From the NCBI RefSeq assembly GCF_009914755.1, contig NC_060938.1: DNA of 64,000 bases; one strand, written 5' to 3'. Position numbers and translations under genes: made by a program. Source of the DNA: the human T2T-CHM13v2.0 reference genome, Homo sapiens. This document shows, piece after piece, positions 51,673-64,000 of this stretch (its first letter is position 1; every line of letters begins with the position of its first letter). The notes beneath the pieces were generated by a model. That model was not told the origin of the DNA. It saw only the letters and a list, made by a program, of their open reading frames with translations, and ran no database searches.

Positions 51673-53699
51673 TGGAGATGATCTAGGTGTATAATTTAAG
51701 AATAAAAATAAATCCAAAATAAATTGGCAACAGAGTTAGAATAATTCCTTTCTAATCAAGTGTTCCTTTTTGTTCCAAAAAGAATAATTTAAAATAAATT
51801 TTAAAAAGGATACAAATTAAATGACTATTTAGCAAATTGCAATGGAAAAGGACACAGATATAGGCTTTAATAAGGAAGGGCAATAGAAATCAAATTTGAA
51901 ACCCCAAGGGGAGGAAATCACGAGGGTCAGTGAAAGTTTGTAGCCAGGGGAGATTATATCACATATTTACATTATTATTTAATTGTATGTTAAACAGGAT
52001 TTGGAAAATGAACCACAAATCCAAATACCCCCACAGAGGCAGAATGCTAAAAACCTTCATCTCAGATTGACACAGTTTAGAGATTTGAAAGCCCACTTCT
52101 CCTTTTACCATGTCAAATTATAACAGGAAAAATAAAATGCTGATTTGAGTCTCTAATGAAAGGTAACTGTGCAATTATTGGAAACACACTTTCACAGCAA
52201 AAGCGGATCTTGTTACAGCACAGAGCTAGGTCTTCGTCTTCCTACCTTTAGTTTCGATGGTGAGATTGATGTTTACTTTCATCTGGTTTTCATTTGAAAA
52301 ATCCCATCTGTGCTGAGCCTGAAAGAATTGTAAAAATACTAAAGTTACAAGCATTTAAGTAAGGTGAACAGAATTTCCTGGGTTTACTTTGCTAAAATGA
52401 TGTTTAAAGAAGATTTGGGTGATGTAGGCTATGAGACCACTATAATATAGCTGCTACAACTAATTATGTGTCTGAGATGAGATGCAAAGCAAAGCTTCAA
52501 ACCCAGAGGGGAGGGGAAGAATATCCTGGCAGCACTATGCACTTACATTAAGTATGGACATTTTCTAAAGTGAATGCATTATACTTTAATTATGCAAAAC
52601 TCTGGATAATAGCATATTTGTCTGCCATCATATAGTGTAATCCAAACACTTATTGCTACACACGTAAGAGATGGAAATGATAGAATGGAGGAAAGAATGT
52701 TTCTATATTTCAAAGGAACTAAAAATGAATATAAAATAAACCAGAAAGTTTCTCTTTTATATATCACTCACAAAGGATCAGGTTTGTTATGAGAAAACAG
52801 TAAGTAGCTTAGGTACTCTGGCATCAGCACATAAAGTGTGTCTCAAAAGAGGAGATATGAAAGAAGTCAAAATGTCAATACATTAGATATGAATATTTTA
52901 AAAGATATCTTGGGACTAGGCATTATAGAAGTAAAGTTGAGTGTTTGGGTCAAACATGACTTCTAGGCAGGTTGTCCACAGTATTATCTCCACAATTCTA
53001 CCCCAGATATATTATTAATATTAATGAAAAGAATTCAGGCTAGACATTTGAAGAAATTATTTGGGTATCTCTAAGGTGCTCACTTTAGGATTCAAAGGCG
53101 GCAGCAACTAATCACCTGGGCTTTGTCTCACTTTGGGTGACTCTTCATCGAATGTTTCCATGAAGTTCAGACCAGCCATTGGTCCAAGAAACAGTCTCCA
53201 TGTTTAGGTTTTAACCCAGCTATTTTAAATCTTTTGCAAGCCTTGCATCCATGAATGATTGACTCCATATGCCTCTGTAAAAGTACGTGCCCAATAGCAA
53301 TATCCAATAGAAACCAATCTCTCACTCATGTCCAGTTAGACAATGTTGAATTTACAAAAGTTCCTCACCTCATCTCTTATTTCTCACTCAGTCATTGCTT
53401 CTGTGAATAATTTATTCTGGAAATTAAGAAAACAAAAACAAAACGCTAAATAAACCTGCAGAAAAAGAGTATACAGAATTAAATCAGGGGTCTCTGCTAG
53501 CTGAGGGTCTCTCCATCGAGATCCATGTGGCTGGACTTCTTATGCAGATGTGAGATAATAGTGGAAAGTTTTCTTATGTGAATACCTTTTCTAATGGTCA
53601 TAATTTAGCTGTGCCATAGCCTCCAGGCAAATTCCTGTGACCTCCTGATTCTGGTAGATTCTGATATGCATATTTCTCCACTAAACCTTTATAATGATT

Positions 53700-53845
53700 T
53701 GTACATTCTAAATAAAACTTACTACTTTGTGATTACTTAAGGGTCTGTTTCTCTCTCCATATTTTAAGATCCTTGAACACATAGGTTACAGTTTATTTAA
53801 TTCACCACAATTAGGTATCAATAAATATTCCGTGATTAAATAAGG
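53700..53845 (+). mobile_element. L2 3' end fragment
   Basis: tctgtttctctctccatattttaagatccttgaac...taggtatcaataaatattccgtgattaaataa. Confidence 0.55.
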
Positions 53846-53991
53846 CTGTAGATGAATATTTAAATTGTATCGATTAGGCAAATGTATAATTCAGCATACC
53901 TATTTGCAAGAGTTTTGAGGTCCTCTAATATACAGTTGAATGTACAGAATTTTCATTCTTTCTATTGTCTTATAGAAATTATGTGAATCTT

Positions 53992-55688
<1,697 letters not shown>

Positions 55689-56632
55689 TGTATACCGAAT
55701 TTTTAATCAATAAACTGTTCAAACACGTTCTCAGATATATAAATCGGTAGCTCTTAAGTCTAATTTTCAGTTGAAATGTTTACAATGTATGCCTATTACC
55801 ACATCAAAACTCACATTTTATTGCTGAATATTGTTTCAACAGCAGTCAAGCTGAACAGAGATTCTAACGGTGGGCATCCTGCACTCTAATACACTAAAGA
55901 AAGCAAGATTTTCAGAAAAGCAAATAGATAGACCAATAAAAAACCATAAATTGTTTAATTTACTTTCCTAAAACTCGAAAATATAGTAATATGGATTTAA
56001 TTCTAAGAGTTGAACCCCCAGAAAATGTGTAATAAAATTGAGTGCCATAAAAGCTACATTTCCCAGCTTTATTTCTAGCATTATTATCTTCCAAGAAATA
56101 TTCAGGAGAAAACTTGGGTAATATTAGATGCCCTTATATAATGATACTCTGGGATGTATAAAGTGTTATTTTGGGTAAATTTAATAAAATAAAAAAAATC
56201 AGTGAATTTTCCTCATAATTGGCTACTTTACATTTTTAGATCTATGCCTTTTAGATTTCCAAATAATGTGTCTTCAGAGTAAGCAAGGCCTTCTTGCCAT
56301 GACTCACTCTCTGGTATAACAGCTTGTTAGAGAATGAAAATGGAATTCTCAATTAGAAATATATACATAATGTTCAAGTTATGTCCAGCTCTGCAAATGC
56401 AAAGGATAGAAAATAGCAAATGCATTTCATTTACATAAAACAAACAGATTTTCCTCTAGAGAAGGCATGTATTAAAACACCATTCTGTCCAACCAATTTG
56501 AGATTCATACAAATCTAAATGAACTAAGTGTCAGAGATTTCTAGAACCCAGTCCTGGCTTCCACAACATGGAATTTAATTTTTTTAAGGGAAGGGAAATA
56601 TTATACTACTAATAATCATAAATAATCTGTAA

Positions 56633-58000
56633 AATGCCTAAAGCAATTTACACATTCAATGCTATTTATCAAACTACCAATGACATTCTTCACAGAACTA
56701 GAGAAAAATTAAAAAAAATTCATATGGAACCAAAAAAGGAGCCTAAATAGTCAAGGCAATCCTAAGCAAAAAGAACAAGGCTGGAGGCATCATGTTACTG
56801 ACTTCAAACTATACTACAGGGCTACAGTAGCCAAAACAGCATGGTACTGGTACAAAAACAGGCACATAGAAAAATGGGGCAGAATAAAGAGCCCCAGAAT
56901 AAAGCTGCACACCTCCAACCATCTGATCTTCAACAAAGCTGACCAAAACAAGCATGGGGAAAAGACTTCCTATTTAATAAATGGTGCTGGGATAGCTGGC
57001 TAGCCATATCAGAAGATTGAAGCTGGACCCTTTCCTTACTCCATAAACAAAAATTAACTCAAGATGGATTAAATACTTAAGTATAAAACCCCAAACTATA
57101 AAAACTCTGAAAGACAACCTAGGCAATACCATTCAGGACACAGGAATAGGCAAAGATTTTCTGACAAAGACACCGAAGACAATTGCAACAATAGCAAAAA
57201 TTGGCAAGTGGGATCTAATTAAACTTAAGAGGTTCTGCCAAGAAAAACAAACAAACAAAAAACTATCAACAGAGTAAACAGACAACCTACAGAATGGGAG
57301 AAAATATTTCAAACTGTCCATCTGACAAAGGTCTAATATCCAGCATCTATAAGAAACTTAAACAAATTTACAAGAGAAAACAACCCCATTAAAAAGCAGA
57401 CAAAAAAAGACAGACACTTCTCAAAGAAAGACATACGTGTGGTAAACAAGCATTTGAAAAATAAGCTCAATATCACTAGTCATTAGATAAATACAGTTGA
57501 AAACCACAATGAGATAGCATCTCATACCAGTCAGAATGGCTATTATTAACAAGTAAAAACAAATAACAGATGCTGGCAAGGTTGTGGTGTAAAGGGAACA
57601 CTTATACACTGTTGGTGGGAGTGTAAATTAGTTCAACCATTATGGAAAGCAATGTGGCAATTTTTCAACAGCTAAAAGCAGAACTACCCTTTGGTCCGGG
57701 AATCCCATTACTGGGTATATACCCACAAGAATATAAATCATCCTACCATAAAGACAAATGAGTGTGAATGCTCACTGCAGCACTATTCACAATAGCAAAG
57801 ACATGAAATCAACATAAATGCCCATCAGTGATAGAGTGGAAAAAGAAAATGTGGTACATATACACCACAGAATACTATACGACCATAAAAAAGAACAAGA
57901 TCATGTCTTTTGTGGGAACATGGATGGAACTGAAGGCTATTATCCTTAGTAAACTACTGCAGGAACAGAAAAGCAAATACCACATGTTCTTACTTATATA
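56633..58000 (+). mobile_element. L1PA14/15-like fragment (3' third of ORF2, 3'UTR missing)
   Basis: aaagcaatttacacattcaatgcta...ccaaaacagcatggtactggtac...caggaacagaaaagcaaataccacatgttct; stops just before the ORF2 end. Confidence 0.9.
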
Positions 58001-58325
58001 AAAAAACTTCTTACTTAAAAAAAAAAACAAGAAGAATGTTTTATATAAACTAAAGCTTAAGAAATTTTTGATTATTTAAACAAAGTTTATTAGTTAATAG
58101 TGGGAATATTAACACATTCAAGGAGGAGTTAAGATATTGATCATTCTATCACAATTTGAGCGTTGTTGTATATTGACAGCTATCATTTTTGGTTTTTGAC
58201 TTTTCTTTCTATAGTGCACTGTGGAATTAAAACTGAATGTTAATCTTGATAAAGGAAAATGATTCCATCCCATGAGTAAGACTGAAGGTCAGCAACTCTA
58301 GCCCTCAAAGCCAATGCTGCTCAGG

Positions 58326-58377
58326 CAAGGTGTATGTTTCATGAACTATCCAAGGTGTATGTTTCATGAACTATCCA
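58326..58377. repeat. Perfect 25-bp tandem duplication
   Basis: caaggtgtatgtttcatgaactatc twice (58326-58350, 58351-58375), plus ca. Confidence 0.97.
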
Positions 58378-58534
58378 TAATCCAGTTGATTTATTCCATA
58401 GTCTTTTTAGAAGCAGATGTTTGCCTTGCCTGCCAATCAGTGATTACTTTATAGAGTGCTCGGTATGTTTGGTGGAGTATATGGTACTTGTTCTCAAGGG
58501 GCTTATAATGTGTGATTTGATGTCATGATTAATT

Positions 58535-58755
58535 TAACAGCTTTCTAAACTGAGAACTTTCTTTTTCTGTGTGCCAGTCCCTAAGCTAAGCAGCTCTTGA
58601 TCCCCTCACCATTTCTATGTGGTGGATGTTTTTATTGCCATTTTACAGATGGGGAAATAAAATCTCAGATCCCAAGTTCTTATAGTTAGTAATGCTGGAA
58701 TTCAATACCAGGATACCTCGCTCCAAAAGCCAGTATGATTAATGTCACATACTTT
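58535..58755 (-). mobile_element. MIR SINE
   Basis: tgtgtgccagtccctaagctaagc...ttattgccattttacagatggggaaataaaatctcaga. Confidence 0.75.
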
Positions 58756-59459
58756 CCTGATGTTGGTTTTTCTTAAATTTTTGTAAAAGGCTTTTTCTTT
58801 ACCTTTCTTTCTGTTATTACATAAAATTGCTTCCTGTTTTGCATTTAAAGTCCTTTACTTTTGTCAACAATAATCTTCATATAGTTTTAGGCCATGAAAC
58901 ATTTATGAGAAACCAGGGGAAAAAAATGAAGAGAATTATCAAATATTTAAAAATGCTCAATATGTAGATAAGGGAAATTTTTGTTTGGCGAACGTGTTGG
59001 GAACCTTAAATTTTACAATGGAAATACACTCTAGAGTGAATAAATGCCCATAGCAATAACAACAGCAGTAACAGAAGCCCTTTATAGCCCATTTCGTCTA
59101 AAACCCTGTTCCCCATGAAGTGGTGCATGAGAATGATGTTTTGGTCTCAGAAAATTAAAAATAGCTTATTTATGGCAATATTACTATTATATATTAGTTG
59201 ATTAATTAAGTCAATGAAGGACAGCAAACTGAGTAGAAGCATGACATAGAAGTGAAACTGCTACGTAAGCTGTGTGGTAGTGATGGTTGTCTGACTTTGG
59301 AGGAAACCCTCCCAGCCAGACACAACACAGGAGCAGACCGGCCTTGCCCCTAAACGTATCGCCAATGAATGTTCTATATCATAGAAAGTACTCATGAAAT
59401 GAGTTGACTCTATATTCTAAAACTCTTTTGTCCTCGTTTTGTAAAGCATACTTAAAACA

Positions 59460-60065
<606 letters not shown>

Positions 60066-60129
60066 AACAATTTAGCTATCAATAAACATTTATTAAACAC
60101 AGCATTAAATGATTTGGCAACCACTTTTG

Positions 60130-60520
60130 TAACACTTTGTATGTGCAATGCATTGTTTTACGTTCTTTACAAATATGAACTATTTATTCCTCTTAGCGAC
60201 ACTTTGGTCCTCTTTAGTCCTTTTTAGCAATAGGTACTTATTATCCCATTTTACAAATGAGAAAACTGGGGCATTACAAGGCTAAAAACCTTAGCCAATT
60301 CTAGTAGAAGATGTTGATAATAGGAGAGTGTCAGCACGTGTAAGGCAGGGAGAATAGGAGAAATCTCTGTGTCTTTTTCTCAATTTTGCTGTGAACCTAA
60401 ACTGCTCTAAAAAAAAAAAAAGCCTTAAAAAAAAAAGAAAGAAAAGAAATCTAGCTGAGGTCAGTTAGTGAATAACAGAAACCTGACCCTAGAATTCATC
60501 TACTAACGATTATGCTATGT
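60130..60520 (-). mobile_element. MIR split by a short L1MC insertion
   Basis: taggtacttattatcccattttacaaatgagaaaactggggca; resumes after 60450. Confidence 0.7.
60301..60450 (+). mobile_element. L1MC1-like extreme 3' end with polyA
   Basis: gatgttgataatagg...gaaatctctgt...tcaattttgctgtgaacctaaactgctctaaaaaa. Confidence 0.8.
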
Positions 60521-63109
60521 GTCTCTCACTTTGTAAGGAAATTTTTCAGATTATTCAACCTTGAAATAGTGTGGTGGGAAGATCTTTACAACTTTACCTC
60601 TTTGTAAAGATCAAAACAAAAAAAAAATCTTCTAGCAACATTTTAAAAAATCACAATGGAACTAATTTATTGGGCTATATATAAAACATGTATGTCTTTA
60701 AAAATGTAATAGCCTAAGGGCCAGAACCATTTAGTCAGACAAGTGAACATGATAAAAACTGCCCTGCTTTTTAGCCACAGAAATGCTAATATCTGGGCAT
60801 GTTTGGGATAACAAAATAATTTGGAGGCTTCATTGTATTTTATTTTTTATTTTGAAATTAAAATGGATGCATTTTGCAAAGTTCAATATCTACTGCCACC
60901 CACCTCTATAAAATATTTATCACTGCAGATTTTAGAAGATGGAAGCCTTAGTTGCATAAACTATGTGTGGAACTGTCTCAGTTCTCCATTTTTCTGATAA
61001 CAATGTTGACTGGAAATTGTAATGAAGGCTTGCAGGAGACACTCCAGCCAACGCTGTGTGCCATTTCCTGCCTGCCCTCATATTTAATGCAGCGGCACAG
61101 TTAGTAGAAATTGCTTTACGAATCAGGGAAAAAAACACATTGCACAGAGGAAGGCATCATTTTCATATTATACCGGAGGTCACTATAGCAACATTACAAG
61201 TCAGATGGGCCTCATGAAGAGTGTGGTCATGCCTAACTAAGCCTCTATGTTTATTTTGAAAATCTTCCTTGTGAAAAATAAATAGTTATTTGTGTTATCA
61301 AATTAGCCAAACTTCTTGACTTCCATAGTATCTTTCCAGTTGAATCTGTCTAAATAGATCCCATAATTTGCACACAAATCAGATCAGTTATCATTACCCT
61401 ACTCTTCTCTTTGGGCCTCCCAAATCTGTGGTTAATTTCCTCAGCCATAAAGAGGAATCCATTTCCCAGAATGGCATCTTGTTTTATTTACACAAATAGG
61501 CATGTTCCATATAAGAATTTCCATAACACTTGCAATGGGAAATGACTACTTTCTCACCCAATATTACTGTCAAAAATTATTTTCAGTGGGCTAGGTTTCT
61601 AGGGCTGGGGTTTTAAATAATATATAGCATATGTATAGACCATAAACAAAAATATATTTGAAATATATGAATAACATTTTAGTTTCTTTGTCGTTTTCTT
61701 TCTTTTTGAAGAGGGAACAAATAAAGTAAGCTGTATTTCCATCGGAGAGAGTTAGATGTCTCCTATTTGCAGAAAATAAGCAATTTAGTTAATCATGTTT
61801 AATCAAATTTATTCATATGTGAAGGAGGGTGGCTTATTTTCTTTGTGGGGGAACAGTCTGTGTAGAAATGCACCTTGGTCGTAGAGGCTCAGCATATGCA
61901 CATTCTCTGTGCGGCCATTTTATTGTCTACTGCTTGCTGACTGGGCAAGACAATCAGACATCTTTAAAGTACTCACTGCCTTCTCATTTGAGACCTTTCC
62001 TTGCTATTCTCCCCCCTCCTTCTTTCCTGTCCTCACTTGATGGTGATAGAGGACAGGCCAAACTTTTGACATAAATGTGAAGCAAAAATGTGTTCTTAAA
62101 TACACCCTTTAAAGACATTCCAGTGGTAAGTGCAATCACATTGTGGTAAAAACCCCTTTCTCAACAGTTTCTAATTTATTTAATAGCAATTGGCATGCTC
62201 GCCTCTCTTCCCTTCCACCCCTTGCCGCTCCACCTCTGCTCTGGAGTCCTGATTCTTTTCAAACTGGTTTGCCACAGAGAGAGATACAAACATTTTGGGC
62301 TCAAATAAAACTGAGAAAGGTGGTGGAAAGTGCTCAGCTGTGAATTCTTTGAATCTTATAATAGGAATCAGATGAGCAAGTGACATCACTATGGCTCAGT
62401 CACGGCTTTGGCAAAAATCTGTTTTTAATTTTTGAGTTGCCTAGAAGCAAAAATAATATTTAAGTGAAATGGGGTATAACTTCAGTGTGTTAGCTGGTAC
62501 CAGGTAAGTCAGCCATTTTATCACTTTAAATATCTAAAAACACTCATGTACCTTTAATGAAACACTGGAATTTAGAGCAGTGAACAGGACACTGGGACAT
62601 CAAAACAAATAGAGAAGAAGACTTCACGTCCCCATCACACAGGTGCTCCAAGGGGTCATGACCACAGTTTGCTTCTTACATAGTAGCCTTTAGAAGACAG
62701 GAGCACAAGCATAGACACTTCTATTTTTCTCCAAATATCATCTCCAAATGAGCTACAGGAACCTCTCTTTCCTGGTTTTTGTTTTTATTATTGTCAGTTT
62801 CTCAGGTCGATCTCATAGTTTTTCTTCATCGTTGAGCTACTAAAAGTCCTGTCTAGTCAAATTCAATATTCACATCTTCAGCCTGGCTGTTCATGCCTAA
62901 GGCTACCATTGTCTTGGAGCCAAACATGAGTGTTTTTAAGCAAGCTCTTGGTTGAGACTCCTTATGACAGAGTTCCCCCAACCCAACTCACCCCTCAGTT
63001 CCTGTTCTTCAGTGTGATCCCCCACAGCCTTTTGGTGATATAGTCCCATCACCAGATAGCCAGCTTTGTGGGTGAGTTAGCAGCCAGGGAACAAATGCTG
63101 GGCTATCTG

Positions 63110-63448
63110 TATCTTAGGCTGTTTGTGTTACAGCAATAGGACACTACAGACGAGGTAATGTATAAAGAAGAGAAATGTATTCCTCACAGTTCTGGAGGCT
63201 GAGAAGTTGACGATCTTGGCACCGGCATTTGGTTTGGTGTGGGCCTTCTTACTGTGCATGTTCTCACATGACAGAAGGCAGAAGCGTGAGCTAAGCTAAT
63301 GCTGTGTGAGGCCTCTTTTAAAAGAGCCTTAATCCCATTAACTAGGGAGCAGCTGTCATGCCCTAATCAACTGTTAAAGGCCCCATCTTTTAATAGTGTC
63401 ATACTGGCAACACCTGAAATTTGGAAGGAATCCATTCAAACCACATCA
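63110..63448 (-). mobile_element. MLT1A1/MSTD-like MaLR solo LTR
   Basis: ctcacagttctggaggctgagaag...ggcaacacctgaaatttggaagg...cattcaaaccacatca; perfect 5-bp TSD ATCTG at 63105-63109 and 63449-63453. Confidence 0.88.
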
Positions 63449-64000
63449 ATCTGCTATAGTGCACATTGAACCCCAGAGGATACTTAACTGTCTATACCAA
63501 ACAAAAGGTGGAAGGGTTGTTTGTTTCACCCCTGGACCCTGTCTGTGCTCAGGTATCTCCTTTCCAGATCTCTTTTCCCTAGATGAGGTAGATGCAGAAA
63601 AAATAAATAAATAAACAAGGTTACTACCTAAACTTATATCCAGTGTGGGAAGGAGATAGAACTCTTCCCTCTTCCCTTCTTGTAGAAACTCTCCATATTT
63701 AAAAGTGATTTTCTTGGTACCAGCCACACTAGATACAGGAGTAGTTAGCACCCTCCTCTCCAGGTATCAGAGAGGAAGACCTAGCACTCTTCAGTTTAAT
63801 GTCTCTCAAATCTGAAGTTTCTCTCTCTTCTTTCCATTCCCCTTATAGAGCCTGGGATGAGGCTAGAATAGGATTAGGGCAACAGAGCCTGTTCTTATCA
63901 AGCCTGAGGGAGGTGTACCACCCTCATTTGGGGCATCTCCCTCTTTAGAATATAGGCTACTTTATGCCCACTTATCCTGGACTTTAAGTTTAGTCATCAA

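Overview
This is primate, almost certainly human or great-ape, non-coding genomic DNA: AT-rich, CpG-poor and about half interspersed repeats. I find no credible protein-coding gene, RNA gene, CRISPR array or prokaryote-type system. The ORF track is explained by microsatellites, Alu/L1/MaLR/ERV remnants and chance. Main content: 11 Alus (J, S and Y, including an AluY nested in an AluJ), a near full-length decayed L1PA12-like element (about 36965-43133), several truncated L1s, and a complete THE1 provirus (26959-30344, TSD ATAGC) carrying a MER11 (HML-8) solo LTR (TSD AGTTAA). There is also an ancient internally deleted ERV-L with recognisable gag, integrase and dUTPase remnants, MaLR/ERVL solo LTRs, MER1A, MER45, MER5A, MIRs and L2s. 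Repeat family calls are from memory of consensus sequences, so subfamilies are approximate. I cannot support a new biological system. The best original observations are mutational scars: a templated insertion with fold-back duplications and an 18-bp copy from 1.4 kb away, a micro-inversion inside a TA-expanded L1, and a strand-coordinated G-mutation cluster in an AluY. There are also several candidate splice-site-bounded exons and enhancer-like unique blocks that need expression or conservation data.
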